A stretch of 64,000 nt of DNA from Eubacteriales bacterium (lineage in GTDB: Bacteria; Bacillota; Clostridia; Oscillospirales; CAG-272). The translations under genes and the position numbers were made by a program. Below, one piece after another: positions 37,153 to 46,327 of this stretch (its first letter is position 1; every line of letters begins with the position of its first letter). The notes under the pieces are model-generated. The model saw only the letters and a list, made by a program, of their open reading frames with translations, did no database searches and had not been told where the DNA came from. The stretch covers positions 6,835 through 70,834 of the forward strand of contig JAZMZG010000013.1 of NCBI GenBank assembly GCA_045585835.1, read 5' to 3'.

Positions 37153-39086
37153 TTAACGCAAAAGGAGAAAAGTATTATCTGACAACGGCCATTGCCTATA
37201 CGTCGAAAAAGCCGCACGTTGGTAATACCTATGAGATCATTCTTGCCGATGCTATTGCAAGAGCGAAAAGAGCGATGGGATATGACGTGTTCTTTTTGAC
37301 AGGTACCGATGAGCACGGGCAGAAGATAGAAAACGGCGCTAAAGCCATGGGAATCACTCCCAAGGAGCACGTAGATAAGGTGGCGGGCGAGGTAAGAGCT
37401 GTTTACGATGCGATGGGTGCCACCTACGATAAGTTTATCCGTACCACCGACGAATATCATGAAAAAGCGGTACAAAAGATATTTAAGAAGCTCTACGAGC
37501 AAGATGATATATATTTGGGAGAATACTCCGGTATGTACTGTCTTCCTTGCGAGGCTTTTTATACGAAATCACAGCTTGTTGACGGCAAATGCCCCGAATG
37601 CGGTGCCGAAGTGACCGAAGCGAAGGAAAAAGCATATTTCTTGCGTCTTTCCAAGTATTCGGACAGACTTAAAAAATATATTGAGGACAACCCGGATTTT
37701 ATTTTCCCCGAGTCAAGAAAGAATGAAATGGTAAAGAACTTTCTCGAAACGGGACTTCAAGATCTCTGCGTGTCAAGAACGTCTTTTAAGTGGGGCATTC
37801 CCGTTGATTTCGATCCCGACCACGTTGTATACGTTTGGATAGACGCTCTTTCCAACTATATTACCGCTATGGATTATGCGGTAGACACGAAGGGCGAGCT
37901 TTATAACAAATATTGGCCTGCCGACGTACACATTATAGGAAAAGACATTCTGCGTTTCCATACGCTTATTTGGCCTATAATATTGATGGCGCTCGGCGAG
38001 CCCTTACCAAAGCATATCTTCGGACATCCGTGGCTTTTGTTCGGTACGGATAAAATGAGCAAATCCAAGGGTAACGTAATATACGCCGACGACCTTGTAA
38101 ACCGTTTCGGAGTCGATGCTGTCAGATATTATCTTCTTTCCGAGATGCCTTACGGAAACGACGGAAGCATAACCTATGAAGCTATAGTTTCGAAGTATAA
38201 CAGCGACCTTGCAAATACTCTCGGTAACCTCGTTTCAAGAACGGTTGCTATGATTAAAAAGTATTTTGACGGTGAAATAAAAGCTCCCGAAGTATGCGAG
38301 GATATCGATGACGAGCTTAAAGCGGTTGCTAAAACGGCAGCAGAAACTTGCGAAGCAAAGATAAACGAGTTTATGACTGCAGATGCTCTTGAGGCTGTAT
38401 TCACACTTCTTTCAAGATGCAATAAATATATTGACGAAACTTGCCCTTGGGTACTTGCAAAGAGTGAAGAAACGATGCCTCGCCTTGCGACTGTAATGTA
38501 TAACCTTGCGGAGTCGATAAGAATAGCGGCGATCCTTCTTTCTCCGTTTATGCCTGACACTTCAAAGGAGATACTTCGTCAAATAGGAGTAAAAGACGGC
38601 TCATGGCAGAGCGCAGATACTTTCGGTACACTTATGGCAGGTACAAGGGTTGCCGACGAAACGAGCCCCTTGTTTGCACGACTTGATGAAAATAAGGTGC
38701 TTGAGGAAATTTACGCCGAAATCGAAAGTAAAACGGAGCCAAAGAAGGAGTATAAGCCTCTTGAGTCCGAGATAAAGATAGACGAATTTGCAAAAGTCGA
38801 TTTAAGAGTCGGAAAGATACTTGAATGCGAGCCGGTAAAGAAATCTGATAAGCTTCTTGTTATGAAAATTGACCTCGGTTTTGACGTAAGACAGGTAGTA
38901 AGCGGTATAGCCGCATACTATAAGCCTACCGAACTTATCGGCAAAAAGGTTGCGGTAGTTGCAAATCTTGCCCCCGCAAAGTTGCGCGGTGTTGAAAGCC
39001 AAGGTATGATACTTGCATCGGGCGAAGACGACGTAAGAGTTTTGTTTATTGATGACAGCGTTGAAATCGGCGAGAAGATAAGATGA
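37149..39086 (+). CDS. metG: Methionine--tRNA ligase with C-terminal tRNA-binding domain
   Basis: HVGN (HIGH-like), KMSKS, a CPxC...CPxC knuckle, and a C-terminal EMAPII-like domain. ATGA overlap with ctpA. Confidence 0.96.
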   Translation: MINAKGEKYYLTTAIAYTSKKPHVGNTYEIILADAIARAKRAMGYDVFFLTGTDEHGQKIENGAKAMGITPKEHVDKVAGEVRAVYDAMGATYDKFIRTTDEYHEKAVQKIFKKLYEQDDIYLGEYSGMYCLPCEAFYTKSQLVDGKCPECGAEVTEAKEKAYFLRLSKYSDRLKKYIEDNPDFIFPESRKNEMVKNFLETGLQDLCVSRTSFKWGIPVDFDPDHVVYVWIDALSNYITAMDYAVDTKGELYNKYWPADVHIIGKDILRFHTLIWPIILMALGEPLPKHIFGHPWLLFGTDKMSKSKGNVIYADDLVNRFGVDAVRYYLLSEMPYGNDGSITYEAIVSKYNSDLANTLGNLVSRTVAMIKKYFDGEIKAPEVCEDIDDELKAVAKTAAETCEAKINEFMTADALEAVFTLLSRCNKYIDETCPWVLAKSEETMPRLATVMYNLAESIRIAAILLSPFMPDTSKEILRQIGVKDGSWQSADTFGTLMAGTRVADETSPLFARLDENKVLEEIYAEIESKTEPKKEYKPLESEIKIDEFAKVDLRVGKILECEPVKKSDKLLVMKIDLGFDVRQVVSGIAAYYKPTELIGKKVAVVANLAPAKLRGVESQGMILASGEDDVRVLFIDDSVEIGEKIR

Positions 39087-39856
39087 TAATAGATTCTCAC
39101 GCACATTACGATGATGCGAGATTTGATGAAGATAGGGAAGAAGCAATAGCTCTTGCAAGGGAAAGCGGAGTAGATATTATAATTAATGCTGCAAGCGACC
39201 TTGAAAGCACGAAACGTTCCCTTGCGCTTTCCGAAAAATATTCGTTTTTCTACGCCTTGGCAGGTATACACCCTCACGAAGCAGAGGAAGCCGATAAAGA
39301 CGAAAAAAGCACTCTCTTGCAGATAGAGTCAATAGCTAAAGACAATAAAAAGGTCGTTGCAATAGGTGAGATAGGACTCGATTATCATTACGACTTTTCA
39401 CCGAGAGAAACACAAAAAAAGTGGTTTAGGCTTCAAATGGAGCTTGCGCATAAGCTGAAAATGCCCGTTGTTATCCATTCCCGAGAGGCGATGTGTGACA
39501 CGATGGATATAATAAAGGCATACCCCGATGTAAAGGGAGTTGTTCACAGCTTTTCCGGAAGCGTCCAGACGCTTTCAGAGCTTACGAAGCTTGGGTATTA
39601 TATATCGCTCGGCGGTGTCGTTACCTTTAAAAATGCAAAAACTGTGATTGAGGTTGCTAAGGCTTGTCCAAGCGACAGACTTTTACTTGAAACGGATTGT
39701 CCGTATCTTACACCGGAGCCGTATAGGGGGAAGCGCAACAGCTCGCATCTTATGATACACACGGCAAAGCGCATAAGTGAGATAAGGGGAGAGGGCCTTG
39801 AAAAGCTTCTTGATGAGTGTGCGCAAAACACAAAAAGGATTTTCCAAATAACATAA
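39083..39856 (+). CDS. tatD: TatD-family metal-dependent hydrolase/DNase
   Basis: IDSHAHYD, GEIGLDYHY and VIHSREA motifs. Overlaps the metG stop. Confidence 0.9.
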   Translation: MIIDSHAHYDDARFDEDREEAIALARESGVDIIINAASDLESTKRSLALSEKYSFFYALAGIHPHEAEEADKDEKSTLLQIESIAKDNKKVVAIGEIGLDYHYDFSPRETQKKWFRLQMELAHKLKMPVVIHSREAMCDTMDIIKAYPDVKGVVHSFSGSVQTLSELTKLGYYISLGGVVTFKNAKTVIEVAKACPSDRLLLETDCPYLTPEPYRGKRNSSHLMIHTAKRISEIRGEGLEKLLDECAQNTKRIFQIT

Positions 39857-39872
39857 AAAAGAGGAAGAAAAA

Positions 39873-41360
39873 ATGAACGCCATTGGTTTTGACAACGATG
39901 CATATATAAGATTGCAATCGGAGCAAATTAGGAAGAGAACGGGCAAGTTCGGCGGTAAGCTTTACCTTGAATTCGGCGGTAAGCTTTTTGACGATAACCA
40001 CGCCTCCCGAGTTCTTCCCGGTTTCAGACCCGACAGTAAGGCGCTTATGCTCAAAGCGCTCGGCAGTGATGCCGAGGCTATAGTTGCCGTAGCGGCAGCG
40101 GATATTGAAAAGAGCAAGATGAGAGGGGACATCGGCATCAGCTATTGTGATGAGGTTCTCCGTATAGTCGATGCTTTTTCCGCAATTGATATAAATGCGA
40201 AGAATATTGTCATCACTCAATACAGTGAACAGCCTGCAGTAAAGGCGTTTAAGACTCGCCTTGAACGTTTGGGACTAAAGGTATACCGCCACTATACCAT
40301 AGAGAATTATCCTTACGATATTCAAGGTATAGTATCGGAAAACGGCTTCGGTAAAAACGATTTTATCGAAACGAAGGCACCTATCGTAGTAGTAACCGCT
40401 CCCGGCCCCGGAAGCGGTAAGATGGCGGTCTGTCTTTCCCAGCTTTACAATGAGAATAAGCGAGGCAATAACGCAGGATATGCAAAATTCGAAACATTCC
40501 CGATATGGAATATACCGTTAAAGCACCCCGTAAACCTTGCATATGAAGCGGCTACCGCAGACTTAAATGACGTAAATATGATAGACCCCTACTATCTTGA
40601 AGCGTACGGTAAAACAGCGGTAAACTATAACAGAGACGTTGAAGCATTCCCCGTATTAAATGCGATGTTTGAAAAAATATATAACAAACGTGTATACAAT
40701 TCGCCTACGGATATGGGTGTAAATATGGTAGGTAATTGCATAATCGATGACGAGGTATGTAAAAAGGCATCAAAGGACGAGATAGTAAGAAGATATTTCG
40801 CTACGCTCTGCTTAGGTTCTTCCGGTAAAAACGTTGAAACGGCACTTGAGAAGATAGAGCTTTTGATGAAGCTTGCGGAAATATCCGTTGAAGACAGAAA
40901 ATGCGTTAGTGCGGCTATGAAAAAGAGCGAAGAAACGTGCGGACAACCCGCAGTTGCTATAGAGCTTAACGACGGCAAGATAGTTACGGGTAAGACCTCA
41001 AAGCTCCTCGGTGCATCTGCCGCAGCACTTTTAAATGCAATAAAAGAGGTTGCGGGAATCGACGATGGTGTTACGCTTATAGCACCCGAGATAATCGAGC
41101 CTATACAAGATTTAAAGGTTGGCAGACTCGGAAACCATAATCCGAGACTTCACTCGGATGAAGTGCTCGTTGCCCTCGCAATATGCGCCGCATCTAATCC
41201 CGAAGCAAAAAAAGCTATGGATTCAATGGGCAAGCTTAAAGGCTGTCAGGCGCATTCAAGCGTTATTTTGGCAACAGTAGACAGTGATGTTTACAGAAAA
41301 CTCGGAATTAACTTAACTTGTGAGCCGAGATATCAAACAAAAAAGCTTTATCACAAATAA
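39873..41360 (+). CDS. UPF0371 (DUF1846) family protein
   Basis: 495 aa. N-terminus GFDNDAYIRLQSEQIRKR...GGKLYLEFGGKLFDD is typical of DUF1846 (recollection). Confidence 0.75.
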   Translation: MNAIGFDNDAYIRLQSEQIRKRTGKFGGKLYLEFGGKLFDDNHASRVLPGFRPDSKALMLKALGSDAEAIVAVAAADIEKSKMRGDIGISYCDEVLRIVDAFSAIDINAKNIVITQYSEQPAVKAFKTRLERLGLKVYRHYTIENYPYDIQGIVSENGFGKNDFIETKAPIVVVTAPGPGSGKMAVCLSQLYNENKRGNNAGYAKFETFPIWNIPLKHPVNLAYEAATADLNDVNMIDPYYLEAYGKTAVNYNRDVEAFPVLNAMFEKIYNKRVYNSPTDMGVNMVGNCIIDDEVCKKASKDEIVRRYFATLCLGSSGKNVETALEKIELLMKLAEISVEDRKCVSAAMKKSEETCGQPAVAIELNDGKIVTGKTSKLLGASAAALLNAIKEVAGIDDGVTLIAPEIIEPIQDLKVGRLGNHNPRLHSDEVLVALAICAASNPEAKKAMDSMGKLKGCQAHSSVILATVDSDVYRKLGINLTCEPRYQTKKLYHK

Positions 41361-41363
41361 GCC

Positions 41364-41392
41364 TTGACAAACGTCAAGATTTATGGTATAAA
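41364..41392 (+). promoter_or_regulatory. Sigma-A-type promoter of the rpmH operon
   Basis: TTGACA, 17 nt, TATAAA. It leaves a roughly 110-nt leader. Confidence 0.6.
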
Positions 41393-41509
41393 TGTAAACT
41401 GATGTGTTGTGCGTGAAACTCGCCGCGCTTTATACAGACCGTAGCGGCATATGCTCTGTATTTCACCGCAGCAAATAAAATTAATAACAATTATTATGGA
41501 GGTATAGCT

Positions 41510-41644
41510 ATGTTAAGAACATATCAACCCAAGAAGAGACACAGAAAGATGGAGCACGGCTTCAGAAAGAGAATGAGAACCGCAAATGGCAGAAAGGTTC
41601 TCAAGGCAAGACGCGCAAAGGGCCGTATTCGTCTTACTCATTAA
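41510..41644 (+). CDS. rpmH: 50S ribosomal protein L34 (not in the ORF track, 44 aa)
   Basis: My translation is [51 protein letters not shown]. Followed by rnpA. Confidence 0.95.
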   Translation: MLRTYQPKKRHRKMEHGFRKRMRTANGRKVLKARRAKGRIRLTH

Positions 41645-41647
41645 GTT

Positions 41648-42001
41648 GTGAGCAAGATTATCGCCGTTAAGAGAAGTTCCGTCTTTTCCCGTGCATATAG
41701 GCAGGGGAAAAGTTTTGCTACAAAAACTCTTGCGGTATACGCTCTTAAACGAAAGAAGGACGGGCATAAGCCTTCTGCGTTGGGACTTACCGTTTCAAAA
41801 AAATACGGAAAAGCGGTAGAAAGAAGCAGAGCAAGACGTGTTATGCGCGAAGCGTACAGAGGACTTTGCGATAAGGTACCTTGCGGTTACGATATAATTC
41901 TTGTTGCACGGGGAAGACTTGCGGGAGTGAAAACGCCCGAAGCCTTCGCCGACTTGTCCTATGCTTTTGAAAAGCTCGGTTTACTTGTAAACGAGGAGTG
42001 A
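41648..42001 (+). CDS. rnpA: Ribonuclease P protein component
   Basis: 117 aa, basic, in the conserved position after rpmH. GTG start. Confidence 0.9.
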   Translation: MSKIIAVKRSSVFSRAYRQGKSFATKTLAVYALKRKKDGHKPSALGLTVSKKYGKAVERSRARRVMREAYRGLCDKVPCGYDIILVARGRLAGVKTPEAFADLSYAFEKLGLLVNEE

Positions 42002-42216
42002 TTTATTTGAAGAAGCTTCTTATATCTATTGTAAAGTTTTACAGAAAACATATTTCGCCCCTTCACAAGCCGTGCTGTCGATTTCAACCCACTTGCTCCC
42101 AATATGCATTAACTGCTCTTGAACGCTACGGCGCCGCAAAGGGCTCATTTCTTGCGCTTAAAAGAATATTAAGATGCCACCCTTTTTCAAAGGGCGGATA
42201 CGATCCCGTACCCTGA
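41998..42216 (+). CDS. yidD: Membrane protein insertion efficiency factor YidD
   Basis: [31 protein letters not shown]...RILRCHPF motif. The start may be TTG 42006, 8 nt after GAGGAG. Confidence 0.9.
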   Translation: MIYLKKLLISIVKFYRKHISPLHKPCCRFQPTCSQYALTALERYGAAKGSFLALKRILRCHPFSKGGYDPVP

Positions 42217-42243
42217 CGGGAAACAACTATAAAGGAAATATCT

Positions 42244-43482
42244 ATGATTGATTTAACTGTAGTAGCAGGCGTAATTGATTGGATAAAAGCGCCTTTCGGC
42301 TATTTGCTTCGCGGAAGCTATGCTCTGACACACAGTTACGCGATTGCAATCCTCATTTTTGCTTTGGTAATCAGAGTGATCCTTCTTCCTTTTGGTATAA
42401 AGCAGCAAAAGGGAATGATCACGCAAGCAAAGCTTCGTCCCAAGGAAATGAAGATCAGAAATAAGTACAAGGGACGCAACGATAGGGCTACCCAAGAGAA
42501 GCTCAACACGGAGATAATGGAGCTTTACCGTGAAGAGAATTATTCTCCCTTCTCCGGTTGTTTACCTATGCTTATTCAGCTTCCTGTAATCCTTATTTTG
42601 TTCTGGGTCGTTACAGCTCCCATCACGTACGTTATGCCAAGCGTATACGATAGCGACATAAGAATTCTTCACACAGAGGGAGAGCATAACGTTGTCGAGG
42701 AATACATTGGCAAAAATGCTATCAACTTTGACAAATTAAACGGCGAAACGACTTTGATCAAGAAGGACGGAACCGTTATCAATGAAAGCACCGGCAAAGA
42801 ATTTAATTTGTCGGAAGATGCGAAGAAAACTATTGCAAGCGCCCGTGAAGAAGCAATTAAGGCGGCTGTAAAGGGCGGTTGGTTTACGTCGAATACAAAA
42901 AATTCGACATACGATGAAATCGACTTTATTCAGAATTACAAGTATATTGCAAACAATGATCCCGAAGCGGCAAAGGCTCTTGAAGATACGATTTTGGCAG
43001 TTGCGGAGCTCAAGGAATTCAACTGCAGCCTTTTTGGACTTGATCTTCTTGAAAGACCTCAGTTTTTCAATTGGCTTTTGCTTATTCCTCTTCTTTCGGG
43101 AATTATATCATTCCTTTCAACGAAAATTTCAAAGAAGTTCAATGCAGTTCCCGCCGCTCAAAACGGTACGGATGCAGGCGCTTCTATGAAAGTAATGGAT
43201 ATGATAATGCCTTTGTTTAGCGTATATATTGCTTATATCGTTCCCGGTGCGGTCGGTTTTTATTGGATGATGTCAAACGTAATTCAGGTTGGTCAGACCA
43301 TACTTCTTTCCAAGCTTTATCCCATTCCTTCCGCAGAACAGATCGAAGCCGAATATAACAGCACAAAGAAGGATAAACGTAAGAAGAAAAATAACAAGGC
43401 TTATTTAAACGGCGAACCTATTGAAACAACTGCCAAAGAGATTCCCGAAATTTCAAGGGGAACTCTCAAAGACGACAAATAA
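42244..43482 (+). CDS. yidC: YidC/Oxa1-family membrane insertase with an enlarged extracellular loop
   Basis: Core motifs: AIAILIFALVIRVILLP (TM1), coiled-coil KLRPKEMKIRNKY...ELYREENYSPFSGCLPMLIQLP, and C-terminal GAVGFYWMMSNVIQVGQ. A hydrophilic insert of about 150 aa follows TM2. Confidence 0.88.
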   Translation: MIDLTVVAGVIDWIKAPFGYLLRGSYALTHSYAIAILIFALVIRVILLPFGIKQQKGMITQAKLRPKEMKIRNKYKGRNDRATQEKLNTEIMELYREENYSPFSGCLPMLIQLPVILILFWVVTAPITYVMPSVYDSDIRILHTEGEHNVVEEYIGKNAINFDKLNGETTLIKKDGTVINESTGKEFNLSEDAKKTIASAREEAIKAAVKGGWFTSNTKNSTYDEIDFIQNYKYIANNDPEAAKALEDTILAVAELKEFNCSLFGLDLLERPQFFNWLLLIPLLSGIISFLSTKISKKFNAVPAAQNGTDAGASMKVMDMIMPLFSVYIAYIVPGAVGFYWMMSNVIQVGQTILLSKLYPIPSAEQIEAEYNSTKKDKRKKKNNKAYLNGEPIETTAKEIPEISRGTLKDDK

Positions 43483-43503
43483 AAATCCCGGTGAGGTGAG
43501 ATT

Positions 43504-44313
43504 TTGATAGAAGAAAGAATTGTAACCGCCAAAACCGAGCAACAAGCAAAGGCAAGAGTTGCCCTTGAACTCGGTGTCGATGCGGAAAAATTAAACTGTG
43601 AGATGATAGAAGCCGCAAAAAAAGGATTTTTCGGTTTTGGATCACAAGATCCCACATTTAAGGTCAGCTACGATGACAAGACAAAAACTTCCAAGCAGAC
43701 AACTCCCGTTGAACGTGTAAAGACAAAAGAACCCGTTGAGGTTGCAGAAAGTATTAACGAAAACGGCATTGACGTAGTAATTTCCTTTATCGATATGATA
43801 CTTTCCGATATGAAGCTTACTGCAAAAGCAAAACTCATAAGCAGCGATAAGGAAGACGTATATATTGAAATTGTCGGTGAAAATCTCGGTGTTATTATCG
43901 GACATCACGGCGAGGTGCTTGATTCTATTCAATACCTTGCAAATATTGTATGTGAAAAAGAAAAAGCTGATGATCGAAGAATTCATATCGACGTAGAAAA
44001 TTACAGAGCTCGCAGAGAAGAAACGCTTAACAAGCTTGCTGACAGAATGGCGAAGAAAGCACTCGCAAGCGGCAGAAACGTAACTTTGGAGCCTATGAAT
44101 CCCTATGAGCGCAGAATCATTCACTCAAGAATACAAAACATTGAGGGTGTGACGACTCGCTCGGTGGGCACAGACCTTGGCAGAAAAGTAGTTATCTATC
44201 CCGAGAAAGCTTACGCAAAGAATGATAGATACGATGATAAGTATAAGGTTGAAAGACCCGAATACTCTGCAGGCGACGGTTGCTACGACAGATATACAGC
44301 ACCCGGAAAATAA
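43504..44313 (+). CDS. jag: Jag/KhpB RNA-binding protein (KH and R3H domains)
   Basis: KH region (IGHHGEVLDSIQYL) and R3H (LEPMNPYERRIIHS). TTG start after GGTGAGGTGAG. Conserved position after yidC. Confidence 0.88.
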   Translation: MIEERIVTAKTEQQAKARVALELGVDAEKLNCEMIEAAKKGFFGFGSQDPTFKVSYDDKTKTSKQTTPVERVKTKEPVEVAESINENGIDVVISFIDMILSDMKLTAKAKLISSDKEDVYIEIVGENLGVIIGHHGEVLDSIQYLANIVCEKEKADDRRIHIDVENYRARREETLNKLADRMAKKALASGRNVTLEPMNPYERRIIHSRIQNIEGVTTRSVGTDLGRKVVIYPEKAYAKNDRYDDKYKVERPEYSAGDGCYDRYTAPGK

Positions 44314-44340
44314 AAATATGCCGAATACGGCAAAAAAGAA

Positions 44341-44378
44341 AGCAAAGCTCGGCAGAATGAGAGCTTTGCTTTTATTTT
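44341..44378 (+). terminator. Rho-independent terminator after jag
   Basis: Stem agcaaagctc/gagctttgct followed by tttatttta. Confidence 0.75.
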
Positions 44379-44389
44379 AGGTGAACATT

Positions 44390-45769
44390 ATGGATTTTTT
44401 AAATGACACAATAGCGGCGGTATCTTCTCCGCGCGGAACGGGCGGTGTTGCCGTCATACGCATAAGCGGAGAGGGAAGCCTTGAAGTTGCTGAAAAAATG
44501 CTTCGAACGTATAAAAACTGTCCGCTTTCCCAGCTTACCCCCGCAAAGCTTTACAGATGCATAGTTAAGGGAGAAGACGGCAATATCGACGACTGTATGT
44601 GTGCTTATTTCAAATCGCCAAGCTCCTTTACAGGCGAAGATACTGTTGAAATATACTGCCACGGCGGCGCGCTTTGCACGAGCCTCGTTTTAGAACGATG
44701 CTTTATATGCGGAGCCCGTCAAGCGCTTGCAGGTGAATTTACGAAGCGCGCGTTTATAAACGGAAAGCTTACTCTTACTGCGGCAGAAGCCGTCGGAGAG
44801 CTTATTCATGCAAAGACCAAGGCTGCAGTCGCTATTTCAAATTCAAACATTCACAGCACTTTGGACAAGAAAATATCGGAAATCTCCGACGAGCTAAAAG
44901 AAATACTTGCTTCCGTATACGTATATATTGATTACCCCGACGAAGAACTTTACGATCTGTCAGCGTCAGAAATGGCGGAAAGACTCACCGAGGTAAGAGA
45001 TGAGATCGACACACTTTGTAAAAGCTACAGAAGCGGTATGGCGGTAAGTGCGGGTGTTTCCACTGCGATAGTCGGAACGCCTAACGTCGGAAAATCGACG
45101 CTTTTGAATCTGCTTTGCAAAAAAGAACGTGCAATCGTGACGGATATTGCGGGTACAACACGTGATATCATAAGCGAGGAAGTAGTGCTCGGAGATATAC
45201 TTCTAAGGCTCTCGGATACAGCAGGCGTAAGAAAAACGGACGACCTTGTTGAAAGCATTGGTGTTAATTTAAGCCTTTCGGCTATCGACAATGCCGAACT
45301 TGTATTTGCCGTGTTTGACGGCTCAAGAGAGCTTTCAAGCGATGACAGAGAGCTTATTACAAAGCTAAAGGGCTCTTCGAAGACGGTCCTTGCTATAGTC
45401 AATAAGTCAGATGCGGGACAAATACCTTTGGAAGAAATTTCGCAAAGCTTTGAAAACGTAATCTGCATAAGCGCAAAAAACGAACAAAGCTCGACACTTA
45501 TAGAAGAAAAACTCGCAAAATTGTTTTTGGACGAAAATCTTGATTATGAAACAAGTCCTATCGTAACAAGCGCAGAGCAGAACGCATCTTTGATGATAGC
45601 TAAAGAATGTATTATGCGTGCAATAAATCTGCTTTTGGCAGACGGAGAACAGACTATAGCCGGAAGTCTGTGCGAAGAAGCTGTGGCGGCACTTGACGGA
45701 TGTAGCGGCAAAGTCGTAAGCGAAGATATTGTAAATACTATATTCTCCCGTTTTTGCGTAGGAAAATAA
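44390..45769 (+). CDS. mnmE: tRNA modification GTPase MnmE
   Basis: DTIAAVSSPRGTGGVAVIRISG N-terminus, G-domain GTPNVGKSTLLN, and C-terminal CVGK. ATG 44390 lies 5 nt after AGGTGA. Confidence 0.95.
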   Translation: MDFLNDTIAAVSSPRGTGGVAVIRISGEGSLEVAEKMLRTYKNCPLSQLTPAKLYRCIVKGEDGNIDDCMCAYFKSPSSFTGEDTVEIYCHGGALCTSLVLERCFICGARQALAGEFTKRAFINGKLTLTAAEAVGELIHAKTKAAVAISNSNIHSTLDKKISEISDELKEILASVYVYIDYPDEELYDLSASEMAERLTEVRDEIDTLCKSYRSGMAVSAGVSTAIVGTPNVGKSTLLNLLCKKERAIVTDIAGTTRDIISEEVVLGDILLRLSDTAGVRKTDDLVESIGVNLSLSAIDNAELVFAVFDGSRELSSDDRELITKLKGSSKTVLAIVNKSDAGQIPLEEISQSFENVICISAKNEQSSTLIEEKLAKLFLDENLDYETSPIVTSAEQNASLMIAKECIMRAINLLLADGEQTIAGSLCEEAVAALDGCSGKVVSEDIVNTIFSRFCVGK

Positions 45770-45771
45770 AC

Positions 45772-45807
45772 AAAGCCTTTGGACAAGCGTCCAAAGGCTT
45801 TCTCTTT
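45772..45807. terminator. Bidirectional intrinsic terminator (mnmE / mreD)
   Basis: 12-bp perfect stem aagcctttggac/gtccaaaggctt. Confidence 0.85.
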
Positions 45808-46327
45808 ACTGCAAGTAGTCCTTATTCATCGCGCCGCATAACAGTCGAATTGGGAAAAATATGACTGCCGCCGCAAGAAGTGTGTATATCGTTTCGGGGA
45901 GGAAAATATAAAACAGGGTTTTGAAGAAGTCAAACGCCTTATACGTAGTAAGTATTGCCGCTACATCAAGTAAATGCTTAGCTATCATAAATACCGTGCT
46001 TATTGCAAGAAACGGCAAAAATCCGTCGCTAAAGTAAAGCTCAACTGCATAAGCAGCAAGGTAGCACATAAGCATATATACTACTGCAGAGAAGAATACG
46101 CCGCCACCGCAGACAATATCAATAAGATAGCCGCCGATAAGTCCGTAAACAGCGCCTGACCTTGCACCCTCAAAGAATGAAAGAGTGCATACGTAGAGCA
46201 AAACAAGTTGAGGTCTTGCGCCGAATATCTCTAGCTTTGCGAAAAATACGACTTGAATGATAACGGTTGCGACAAGTATGAGCGAATAAAGAAAATGTTT
46301 AATTATCGAATTTACGGAAAGTCTCAT
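45806..46327 (-). CDS. mreD: Rod shape-determining protein MreD
   Basis: 173-aa polytopic membrane protein directly after mreC, with an ATGA-type overlap. Confidence 0.8.
   Translation of the reverse strand: MRLSVNSIIKHFLYSLILVATVIIQVVFFAKLEIFGARPQLVLLYVCTLSFFEGARSGAVYGLIGGYLIDIVCGGGVFFSAVVYMLMCYLAAYAVELYFSDGFLPFLAISTVFMIAKHLLDVAAILTTYKAFDFFKTLFYIFLPETIYTLLAAAVIFFPIRLLCGAMNKDYLQ

Noticed and set aside
41361-41509. Possible oriC / DnaA-box cluster upstream of rpmH.
   Set aside because: Only one 9-mer with two mismatches to TTATCCACA was found. There is no AT-rich unwinding element and no dnaA nearby. The region is explained by a promoter plus leader.
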